Below are positions 24,291-35,600 of a stretch of DNA of 64,000 nucleotides, one piece after another; within the stretch, counting starts at the first letter, position 1, and each line of letters opens with the position of its first letter. The stretch comes from Chlorokybus atmophyticus (lineage: Eukaryota > Plantae > Mesostigma and Chlorokybus algae): the NCBI GenBank assembly GCA_009103225.1, contig RHPI01002119.1:248001-312000 (forward strand). The letters are read 5' to 3'. Below the pieces are notes generated by a model that saw only the letters and a list, made by a program, of their open reading frames with translations, was not told the origin of the DNA and did no database searches. Position numbers and translations under genes: made by a program.

Positions 24291-27200
24291 CCATGTGTAC
24301 GCAAAAGACCGTAACATGTGCTGCTGGGCTACCTAAGTGACGTGAGCAGAAGAATGGTGGTGTGGTGACAAGTTGCGTGCAAATTGAACTCTTTCGCTTA
24401 TAGATATGCTTTGCTTTATGGACACATGAGCACATGTGAGCGCGTGTGGATAAAAAAAGTGCAACAGCTCATCCGGCATGTTACATAGCAACGGCTTGAC
24501 TAGCAACGCTATTGAAGTCAAGCAAGTCGAGGCAAAGATCAACAATGCCGTAGCAGTGATAACATTGTATAATATTAGCATTTAGACTTGACGGTATTCT
24601 TTTAATTAATAAGCATTTGATGCTTTGCAGGACATTCGCAAGCAAACGTGTTTACGCTATCGCGCATAGGCCTAATTTCAATATTCTTGTGAATTGGGTT
24701 TTTAGGTATACTGTGACAGCACAACCATGTCTAATGTAGTATTCGACTATTTGGCATCGAGTGTCTTTCACTTGTGGCCCACCGCGTGCTTACCGGAATA
24801 TTACATATTTGTAAGCACGCCATTTCAAGCGACCATCATTATTGTTTCGTGTTATAATCACAATGCTACCGTGTATGTTATTGTATAATATACATATGCA
24901 TATATGATGTATGTTGATCATGCACTTGTTGCGATTTCTAGCTGTTCATGCATAAGTTGACTTACTTGCTGTGTAAAGTATCTTGATTGCAATCAAGATG
25001 ATGCATTTGCAGCGCCCGTAAAAGTTTAGTAACTTACGGGACAAAACATACAAAATATGCCGTGGATGTTATTGAGTCACTGCGTTTTTAGGGCCCAGGT
25101 TTATAGGCTTACGGGTTATGAGCTGGATGGGAAGGTGACGCTGTATGGGAAGTCGCCGGAGCTTAACGGCCATAAGGGCCGAGTTTTCAAAGCCGTCACC
25201 ACGATCAACCCAATATACCGGTTGAAACAAGCATTGATGCCCATAAAAATCTACTTGAAAAGTTCAAATCAGTTCAGCTGCTGGAGGAGCACAATTCTGG
25301 TGCTCCAGGATTTGCAACGAACCGAGGAGGAACCGCTCCTCTTGAGAATCAGTTGTTGGGTGAGAGATCCTCCTCGCCAATGCCCTTCTCAAGGCCGCCT
25401 TGAAGAGGGCCGTACATGTCCAGGACATCTATGGCACATTGTCACATGCGGTGTAGTGAACGAGTGCATGGGTAATGAGTTTTGAGGGATGTTATGTACC
25501 TAATTATGCAACATTTGTTAAAGGGCATGTGGCTCCTCCTATGGTAGGCGACTTTTGCTGTCATAGCCCAGTAAGTGAGGCGCCGGTGTTGCACATTACG
25601 TCATGGCATACATGTTTTTTCGCCTTAGCTACCCTCGTGTTGAAGATGTCAGTTACTGCGGACAACAAAGCTGAAAGCATTGTGGTAGTACATAAACCAT
25701 GATGCCAGCGACGCGTACGGTATATTTTGTCCGTGAATCTGATGCAAGACGCACACTCAAGCACACTCAAGCACAGTCCACCATGCATGCACTCAAGCAC
25801 ACAAGCATGCACAGAAGCAGCACAAGGCAATCTATTACCATAGGGGCACGTAAGTGCTCTAACTAAATGAATGCAACGGGGTAGTGAGGAGCAGGCAGAG
25901 TTGTTGGGCAAGTAGACCTGGGCACAGACGCCAGAGGCCCACGATGAGAACGTGGAGGATGTGGAAGTAGTACAGCAGCAACAGGCAGCAGGGCGAGGGC
26001 GGGTGTGCAATGTGATGCTGTGCTGCTGAATGGTGGATGGCTCCGCCACTTTGCTGCTCGGCCGGTCTTGGTCTTGCCTTGTAAGACCTACAGTTCGCAG
26101 CCTGCAGCCGATCAATCGGCTGCAGGCTGTCACAGGACTTACAAGAAACTGCAACGGTTGGATTACAACAGAATGAGGGGTGTTGGCAATCAGTCCCGCA
26201 CCGTCATGCAGGCATGTACAGTCATGTGAGAGCCAACATGCACAGTCATGCACCGTCATGCAGGCATGTACAGTCATGTGAGCGAGCATGCACATGCACA
26301 TGCAGCATGCACATGCATAGTCATGCACAGTCATGCATTCATGTAGGCATGCTTGGTAAGGTATGTTGGTCATCGCAAAGCGCAATACACTATCCAATGA
26401 CATCCGTGATGAGGCAAGGAAGGCCGGAGTCTCGAACCTTCATTATCATCGACATGCAAGTGTTGCTGTTAGAGCTGCCACCCTGTCTAACTGCCGGAGT
26501 TATCATAATAGCCAATGAGAAGTGCTGTATTGTGTGAAGGGTACTCATTGTGGCAGCGTACTGCGTCGCATATATTCGCATAAATCGCACTTGTATCAGT
26601 GTCACGTCAACACCGTTGACATGGCACTGATGCGTTTACATGATGGTACCATGTGAACGTTGTAGTGTATTAGCGCGGGCGTGTATAGCACACAGTCGAA
26701 TGTTGGTATAAGGTGCATAGGCTTTCCAGCGGTACCGTTGCAAGATTGATAAGCACTTAAGCACTCAACAAGCACACAAGCACTTACGTGCTTGTGTGCT
26801 TGTTGGCGTGATGCACGCAATCAGCAGACAGTGCATGTGCGTGGTGTAGTGAGACAGGTGGCATGCAAAGCATGCTGAACGTGTGCAAAGCACTTTGCAG
26901 ATCTTGTACACAAAGGGGTGCATACCTTGTGTGCCGTACATTGTACAATGCATCTTAGACAGCATGCAGCTGGTGCATGACAGTTACCTGCAGAAAGTGT
27001 CCAATCACATACCCACTCAACACAACCTCAGCATTGCATATGTTGTACACATGCATGACATGTTTATTCACCAATCTGAGCGCATAATCCAATCTTGAAG
27101 ACCAATATCTACATGCGATGTCCTGACTTCTTGCTACATTATCTCATGATTTCATCACATTTGCCTTGCATACAAGTTTCCTGCTTTTATTAGGTTTGTC

Positions 27201-27711
27201 TGCCCCCGTGTTTGTCCTTGTTAGTGCAGCATAATGCTGGACATACTGTACCACAATGCATGCTGATGCCCATGAGTACATGCATGACTACCCATTTGGT
27301 TCTACTGCGACATTGCGCCTGCACATAACATCTCAGAAGCAGGACTGGTGTAATCAGAAGGTGTATGCTGCCTTTCTGCCTACGTTATACTGCAGTTGCT
27401 CTGCACAGTCACAGCCCTCTTCTTGCGTTTACAGCACATTCTGTTGGCATCCTTCTCTTCCTCAACTACCCAACAATGCTGGCCCTGAAGCATGCCCTTG
27501 CTGCTCCCCCCCCTGCAGCAGCTACTGCAACTAGCAGAGCGGTCTGACTGTGTTTCATCAAGGCAACGCTCGCCTACTTTGCTGCGGATTAGCATAGCAG
27601 ACTACAGGCAACAAAGCAATAAGCGAGCCATGTAATGAACATGTGATGTCGTGTGCAAGCAGAGCGTTTATAGGTGCACAGCTAACTACCTTACCATTGT
27701 CAACCTAGTTT

Positions 27712-28689
27712 CTAGATAGGCTTGATCTTGAAGTGCAGTGCAATGAGTGAGAAAACAAAACACTTGAGGTCTTGCACCAGGTAGTAGAATACTCGCAGAC
27801 CGTCGGGGTCATTTGATGACTGAACATCCAATAACGACCCAATCTTGGCTGTTGTAAAACTGCGACACACACAGAATTAGTACTTCGCTCACATCAGTCG
27901 CACCAACCATGCAAATAGCCGCACAAACCAACATGATGCAGAAAGCACCCCTCACAATAACGAGCAGCTCTGTACCTGATGTGCTCGTTGCCCATGACAA
28001 CCTCAAGCTCTTGGCGGCCAACCCTGTCGGGAACAGGCCAGGCAGCGTCGTCTTCACGGAGGATCTCGCTCTCCTTAACGATGCGCCTGCACTCGTTCAC
28101 AACCGCCTCACTCACGTACACCTCCTTCCGGATCATGGTGTCGTTCTTGTAGTTGCTGTTGTTCGCATACCGCAGCTTCCCATCTGGCCGAATCTGCGAA
28201 TGAACACAATAACATGATCACATACACGCGCAAATGCACACATGCGTGTGATTGCATTCCATACACGCATGACGACATTTATGCGAGCATGGAAACTGCA
28301 CGACCGCTTGATCTAATCTGATCACAGGCCAATGCTGGTTGAGGAGTCGGAACTACAAGCTGCGCAGTAGAGGAGTGGGACAAACTGACTGATTGACTGA
28401 CTGACTGACTAAGAGTACTAAGAGTAACAGCTAACGGCACACACTAAATCTAGCTGTACTCACAAACCCAGACAATCTCTCTTGCGACTGACAAAATGCC
28501 GCCTCGGTGCAACGGTGCAGAATGCCACTGAACAAGCAGCATGCATGCATAGACTTCGGGCAAACAGCAGACGACATGCGCTGTGTCTCTTACCTCAAAC
28601 TCAAGAAACTCATGGCCGAACTTTCCCTTGTGCCCCACATAGTATCGCACGTAGAACTCCTCAGCGTCGCCGCCGCCACCCGTCGCCAT
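27712..28689 (-). CDS. MAGOH: Mago nashi (exon junction complex core), 3 exons 28689-28594, 28193-27976, 27859-27712; 153 aa
   Basis: [45 protein letters not shown]...[13 protein letters not shown]...[52 protein letters not shown] splicing keeps the frame. Confidence 0.98.
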
Positions 28690-29434
28690 GCCGGCTGCAG
28701 CAGCTCTGTCACAGCAGAACCAACACTACCGCCTAACACAGCACTTTGAACGTCTAGGTGTCTAGCTGTCCCCTTGTCCAAGCGGATGTCCCTCTCAAGA
28801 CGCTACGGGCAAGCCACACGTCAGCGACGGCGGCGACGGCAACGACGACGACTATGGCACTGATGCCATTGGTAACAGTTAGGGTTAAGTTAGAAATTAG
28901 GGTTAGGAATTGTGATATCTCACGTCATGAATGTTGATACTGGGTGTAATAGATATGTGGTTCACCCATTAGATGATATCGCCAGCAGTGGAAGTTCCAA
29001 GTTGGAACTTCCAACTCAGAGCTTCCGGCCGACTGGGAAGCCAAGCCAACAAGAACAAACAGAAGGAACAACAACAAAGCGCTGCTGCTGCTCGCTCGCT
29101 GGATTGCACGTGGACAGCGTCGTTGAGATAATGCTGTAGAAATTGTTGTCGTTGAGCGCCTACACACGAGAGTCTCTCCGCTGCGCTGATCTTGCTCGCT
29201 CTACAACACCAGGTATGAGGGACAGGCTGGCTGGCTATGCTCTGGAGTTCAATCAAGCTGGCATGGCAGCGCTGTGTGCCTTTCCTGCTGGTGTTGTATT
29301 GCCCTTGTTCACCTGGATTGGCGAGTTCAGAAGTGACTGTAACTTGGGAAGACACTTAGACATCCTGTGAGGCTTGTCAGACCTTTGAGCTGGCCGCGGA
29401 TGTATGTACCTGTGAGCTGCCTGCTTTCCAATGG

Positions 29435-29529
29435 ATGCAGTTGTGCTTGACACGCACACATAACGCTTGTCACAGCTGTTGTGTCTCAAGGACACAAGCG
29501 TTATGTGTGCGTGTCAAGCACAACTGCAT
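29435..29529. ncRNA. Perfect 36-bp hairpin with a 23-nt loop; candidate pre-miRNA/hpRNA
   Basis: ATGCAGTTGTGCTTGACACGCACACATAACGCTTGT (29435-29470) is the exact reverse complement of 29494-29529. Intergenic. Confidence 0.4.
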
Positions 29530-29833
29530 TGCTTGTACTCTGCCAAGCAACTGTATGCTTTTGTGTACAATTATCATCTCCCTCAGTAGCTTACGTCCGC
29601 AGTATTGCTGTGCACTGCGGTCTGGTACCATCCCAGCTCAGTGCCGTGCGTGTCAACGCCTCCATGCACACCAGACTGTAACCGTCGTCCTGTGTGTATG
29701 GCTGGCGCAGTGCCGACTGTGGGTGCTTAGACCAGTCTACCAAATGCAGGCAGGCTGAAGGAAGGCAAGTACAGCGTATAAAGCCCAAGTCATGACCACC
29801 CGGATGGGGTCATGGTAATTTGCCACAAGGGCA

Positions 29834-32008
29834 ATGGATGCTGCTTCAAGCCATCAAACAACAGCAGTCGACAACCAAACAGCAACAGCTACCCCGGCCG
29901 AGGTCACTGCAGGCAACGACAACCACCATGACAACAACAACAACAACAACGACAGCAATGACTCACGTGCTCAGAATCTCGCTCCAGCGCCACAGCTCCC
30001 ACCACTGCACACATCACAGGTGTTGAGCGCGTGAGTGCACAAACATGCGCACCCGTGCGTGAGTGTGTGCGTGCTACCACACAGAGACAGCTTAACGTTG
30101 TTCCTTCACAATAAAGCCAATGTGTATATCAGCTTGCACCTCAACACCTAACCTTAAACTTATGACACCAATGCAGGCCCTTGTATCGCCTAAGCAAGTT
30201 GGATCAGATGCGGACAGCCCCACTTCGCCTTCTTCGCAGCCACTGAGCCCTAGCACACCATACCCGCCGCACGCCAATCACAAAGAACATTTTCGTGTAA
30301 GGGCAACTTTTGGTGGCTTACTTATTGCTGTGAATTCTTTCTTACCACTTTGCTCCTTTTCGAACAGGATGACAAGCAGCAAGAGAAGAAACCTGCCGAG
30401 CCTGTGACGCCGTTTGCCCCGGTGCCAGATGCCAAAAAATGGGGTTGCATTCTTTGGGCCGTGTACTTTGCTTGCATGGCGCTCGTTGTCATGTTCTGGT
30501 TGAGACCGCAGGTGGGTTTTTTTCTACGACGCGGTTTTGTTTTGATAATCTCACCATACTGAGATGACGTCATTGGCAGCCTCTTGCGGCCATTCAGTAC
30601 TGCGAGTTGAGTTCATGTAAGCAATACAAACTTGCGGCTGGCTTGGATTGCGCTGGCCGAGTGACAAAGGTGAGTGAGAGTGTGTTTTTGTGCAAACCTC
30701 ATCTGTTGTCTGCGACTTCATATGAGTGGGAATGCATGTTGGCAGGCGTTGATGACTACAGGTTACGTGGCTTTTACTCTGGTGGTGCAAGTGGACAATG
30801 CAAACTGGCTACCTGCGACTGTAGCTGATGTGCAGGTCAGTAATACAGGAAGAGAATATGACATTGCTGTTGGCTAAAATGCAAACAGTAACACTAAACA
30901 CCTTTGCAGCTGGACATGGATGATGGGGGTGTCATTGAGTACGCAACATGTGTTGGGTCAGGGAAAAGGTTGAAAGCGAACAGTTGGGGCCTCATGACAG
31001 TCGACTGCAAGCTTTACCTCACTCGGGTACACACTTGCTGCTTGCACGACTGCCCACATCTATTGCATGCTACCTGACCTGCATATGCACACAATATTGA
31101 CACTGCTATCTTGCAGCCTGCCGTGACAGTAGCCCTCGTCAAGTTCATTACAGGCGATGACATTCCCATCCGTGTCACTGGAGATGTGAGCTTGAAGGCT
31201 GGCTGGGGCGGTAAAATAATCAACTCTCATGACCAGCGCAAGGTGTGCACGTTGTGCGTGGGTGCGTGGTGCGTGCGTGCACTTGATGGTCCCATGAGCG
31301 CGAGTGCGTGTGTCAACTTGCATGTGTGCACACAACAGCAGACTGCATGCATATGGCTAGTCGTCGTGTCCAACCATTGTGTGATATAGGTACACTTTTC
31401 TTACATACCTGTGTTGGTGGCAGGGGATAATTAACAAGAACAACTACACAGTGTTCTTGACGGAGTCGCTGGTACAGGACAAGAGCTGCAAGCAAGGCAT
31501 TGACCTGCCATACTACGTGACAGACTTCTACACGTGTGAAACAGTTCAGATGCCTGACCTCTCGCTGCAAGCACGCTTGATTGCAACCAACCCAAGCGCC
31601 TTTTACAAGAACGTGTCTGGAGTTGTGATCAACCTAACCAATGCACGGGACAAGTCTATCACTTGGACCGGCAATATAAGCAGGTGGTTCATTGTAGCAC
31701 CTTATTCAGCAATGGAGCTAACCATACCCGTGCGAGGCACACAAGCCACCAACTATTCACAAGCATCATCATCAGCGGTGTGGGTGGAGGGGTCTGTTGA
31801 TCCTAGCTTCTCCTTTATAACAACTCGAACCATGATCAAGCGTGTTGCGAGCACTGTGCGCGTGAGTGCAGCCGGTGTGGGCTTAAGCGGGCCTAGGTTG
31901 TTCCCAATCAATGCGAATTACACTGGGGTTGGCGCGCTAGGGTGTCATTGTGCTGGTGGTGGGTGCTCGCCTTTCGAATATCTAAAGAACAACTTCACGA
32001 TGGCTTAG
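29834..32008 (+). CDS. Type II membrane protein with probably two LEA_2/NDR1-HIN1-like domains, multi-exon
   Basis: Low-complexity N-terminus; one TM segment (WGCILWAVYFACMALVVMFWLRP); YVAFTLVVQVDNANWLPATV; IPIRVTGDVSLK; second unit LQARLIATNPSAF..ELTIPV; Cys-rich C-terminus. Confidence 0.55.
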
Positions 32009-32359
32009 TGATGTGCTGAAGAGACAGCGTAGATTAGCTAGTAGCGATGGTCAATTACTACTCACATGGTTTGCATATGCTGTCATAGCCATGTTTTGTA
32101 TAATGCACTTTGTCGCGCTACACTCATTGTAACCCCAATGTCCCAAGTTTACCCACGTTTGCTTACATAAGTCCGGCCACCGTAATAAGGCCCCGGTTGT
32201 TTTGCACAGTCCCTCTATTCAAATCGAGGCAAAAGTGCTACTCGGTTGATATTTTCCCATGCAAGGAGAGTGTGTTACATGCTTCCCTTTGTAAAGCTTA
32301 ACGAGTAAAGGCCGGATCCCGTAGGCGCGGGAGGCAGAAGGGAAGGGGGGGGGGGGGGG

Positions 32360-32458
32360 NNNNNNNNNNNNNNNNNNNNNNNNNNNNNNNNNNNNNNNNN
32401 NNNNNNNNNNNNNNNNNNNNNNNNNNNNNNNNNNNNNNNNNNNNNNNNNNNNNNNNNN
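32360..32458. other. Assembly gap (N run); others at about 34330-34522 and 51375-51618
   Basis: Runs of n in the sequence. Confidence 0.99.
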
Positions 32459-32787
32459 GGGCATGAGTCGTATTTATGCAAGTGGCCTCTTACATACTAT
32501 AGGGACACGATCTGCGCATTGAAAACAATGATAGCAAATCGAACTAAGATCCGATCAATACCAAAGGGGGAATTTGCCTCAACGTCAACGCATTAATGTT
32601 GTTGCTTTGCCAGTCGCGGCCATCGTTACAATAAACGATATCAAAACAAATGGCCCATTGCAGGCAGGATAAACACTTCGTGTCCCTACAGTGTCATGTT
32701 ATCAATATGAACATACTGAGGCTATGGTCGTGAATGTATTGCATGAAACATCGACAAATAACAATGTAAGCATCACTTGAACGTAGG

Positions 32788-33850
32788 TGTAACAATTGGG
32801 GCCTGACCACTAGGCTATGGTAGTAAAAGACACTACCATAAGTGAAGTCTGTCACAATTTATCCCAATTCATAACATTCCTCCCCATAACATTCCTCCCC
32901 TTTAACCCATAAGTTCCTCATAATCCAATGAGGCACTAGCCCACGTCGCCATGTTCGCGACCGTACCACGATCGGTCTGCCCGCGGCCTATTGGATTCGG
33001 CCCGCGAACGGTCCTGGCCGACCCAACGGCCATCCTCACCGCGCGACCTGCCATCGCAGCGCGACCGCTCACGCGGCCTTAGGTTGAACTGGCTCGGCGC
33101 GCAGATCGTGATCCCGCGCCCAGCCTAGGGCAAGCCGCCCCAAATGTTGTTATTTTTTGCCTTAGATCTGCCTCAGTCCCCCACGGGAATTGAAACTGAC
33201 GTCAAGCTCCGTTACCAATGTAAGGAGAGGGGGTGCTCCCTCCTCCATTTAATCCCCTACCCCAACACCACCACCAGCCACGACGCCCACGACGCCGCCG
33301 CCAGGGGGAACTGCCGAAGCAGAAGATCTTCTGGCTATGGCGGTCGCTGCGTTAGCAGCGCCGCCATGCGGCTGATATCGACATGAGACTCATGTCTCAT
33401 GTCGATATCAGTGTTACAGATAAGTAACACTACATTAGGGCCTTAACATAAGTTAACGGCCCTAATATGGCTTAATAGGCTGTATAATCCCGTTGGGACC
33501 CTTATTTAATCCTAAATAAAGGCGGGGAACCTCTATGGAGGTAGCACACCGTTACATTCCCCCCCACTTAGGTTTCAATGTCCTCATTGAAGGGGTAGCA
33601 AAGCCCCACCACGAGTAAAGAAACGAAAGTAGTAAGAAAATCAGGGCCGAAGCGGTAAAGATGTCTGCCAGCACCCTTCCGCCGCGTGTGGACGCATTAC
33701 TCCAGTACCCGCGAAGAATCTCCTGGCAGTTGGTAAGATTCCTTTCGGGCTTCGATACCAATGTAACAATTGGGGCCTGACCACTAGGCTATGGTAGTAA
33801 AAGACACTACCATGAGTGAAGTCTGACACAATTTATCCCAATTCGTGACA
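32788..33850 (-). mobile_element. Miniature LTR element, copy 2 (1063 bp), A-B-A layout: LTR-A 33850-33762, PBS1, int1, PPT1, LTR-B 33556-33219, PBS2, int2, PPT2, LTR-A 32876-32788
   Basis: Two 89-bp LTR-A copies nearly identical to copy 1. Central 338-bp segment has TGTAA...TTACA termini, is preceded by GGGGGGGAA and is followed by TGGTAACGGAGC. PBS1 is TGGTATCGAAGC. int2 is shared with copy 1 in inverted orientation. Confidence 0.9.
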
Positions 33851-35600
33851 ATACCTCAGCAACAGCACGCGCAATGGAGGCGATGTGCCTGCCTGGTGCA
33901 CTTGCTGAGGATCTACGCTGCCAGATGAAGTTGTACCTAATGCTTGTGGCTTTACCTTGATTATTTCAAGAAGGCCATGTCAATGCGGAACTGGCGTCTC
34001 GCAGCTGTACTTTTTGGCTTATGCAAGTGCTGTAGGCAGCCACAAATGCGTTGTACAAAAAAACACCTTCTCTACATCCGATCGCAAGCTTTGAAGGAAG
34101 CTCATGAAACTTCCCGCTTGTTACCTCTGCACCGGTCCAACGCAGAGCACTACAGTGACTCTCATACAGACCTCAAAGGCAGCGCAAAGCGGTCCGCGTC
34201 CTCCTGGCTATGTCATGCTGTGGTTCTGAAGGCAGGTGCCTACATTGTGGCATGGCATCTCATCGACCGAATTTGCTACCAATACATGTGTACCTGTTCA
34301 CTGCAGCAGACCTGAGCCCAAACTAGCCCNNNNNNNNNNNNNNNNNNNNNNNNNNNNNNNNNNNNNNNNNNNNNNNNNNNNNNNNNNNNNNNNNNNNNNN
34401 NNNNNNNNNNNNNNNNNNNNNNNNNNNNNNNNNNNNNNNNNNNNNNNNNNNNNNNNNNNNNNNNNNNNNNNNNNNNNNNNNNNNNNNNNNNNNNNNNNNN
34501 NNNNNNNNNNNNNNNNNNNNNNCTACCCCCCCCTGGACAATGATATGCAGGAGCTGCCCGTGTCTGAACAGGCAACAAGAGGAGACGAGCAACAGCAGTA
34601 ACTGGCTTGCTGCTGAAAATCCAGGTCTGGTATGTCGCGTGCTAGTAATTCAAGTAGCCAACACATGCTGCACTGTACGGGTGTTTTACGTAGGGGTGAC
34701 ACGGTGCTTGTGCTTTGCCAGATGGAAGCATGTTTGACGACTTCAAGGATTCCTTGGAGTAGATGAGGTAGCCTGCCTCCTGAACACGGGTTTTGTTGCT
34801 CAATATGCGACAGTCTGGGCAGCTGTACAATGACACGTGCGCTGCGTTCTCACCTCAAGCATGTGACTGGCTGCTTGTGCGGCAACTTGAGAGTGTTGCT
34901 GATCAGTGCTTGTATAGCCAGCGTTGTTGGTTGCGCTCTGTGGCACGTGTGCCTTCAGCACAAAGACTCTCTTGCGCCGTCTGGGAATAGCCATTGGGTG
35001 TGGAAGCTATTCCCAGACAGCGCAAGACTCTGTTTGGAGCAAATGCTGGCTTTGCTGGTGTGCACCGTTGTAGCGGTAGAGTATATGTAAGTTGTCATGA
35101 CTGTACTTAGCTGGCGCCATACATGGCGCCAGCTGCAGTATGTGTGTGGCACAAGCTCTCTGCTGCAGCAATCTAGACATCGCGGAAAACATTGCGCTTC
35201 TCAATAAACTCCTGACATACTATGTATGTGTGCATGAGTCATACATAGCGCCAGATGCTCACTAGTACACCACTCCTGTCTACACGAGTCCACGAACACG
35301 ACACCCGCCCATAGCTCCAACCATAGTCGCCCTGCCATGCATTGGCTGTCACCTGCGTTGTTGTTGTCATTGTCTCACACAGCAGCCACCAAGTGGCCAA
35401 CAGTATGATTGCTGCATGCAACATCCCAACATAAGCAACTGACAAAGGTGTACATGCAAGACAAGCAAAGACGCAATATTTATGGCACAGTATCAGTTAG
35501 CACAGTCACCTGACCAGAACAGCAGTTTCATTCCTGCGCGCAGCCCATGCTCAACAGACCCATCCTAAACCTGTGTCGCCTAGCCTGAACGCAGCAGCTC

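Noticed and set aside
25057-25485. ORF with VTLYGKSPELNGHKGRV, like the GL..PELNG..G.V motif of some eukaryotic proteins
   Set aside because: One short motif, no supporting exons or recognisable domain.
25900-26400. Cys-containing ORFs and tandem GCACCGTCATGCAGGCATGTACAGTCATGTGAG units; possible CxC transposase
   Set aside because: Cys spacing is not diagnostic, and most Cys/His come from the CATG/TGCA-rich low-complexity DNA.
32128-32279. TGTAAC...GTTACA 152-bp segment as a solo LTR
   Set aside because: No TSD, PBS or PPT, and no second copy in the window.
33219-33556. Hammerhead retrozyme
   Set aside because: No CUGANGA...GAAA core found on either strand by eye.
33552-33761. ORF with LADIFT resembling the copia RNase H end
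   Set aside because: Only 6 residues match, the following K-x-L is absent, and it lies in a 200-bp non-coding internal region. Likely chance.
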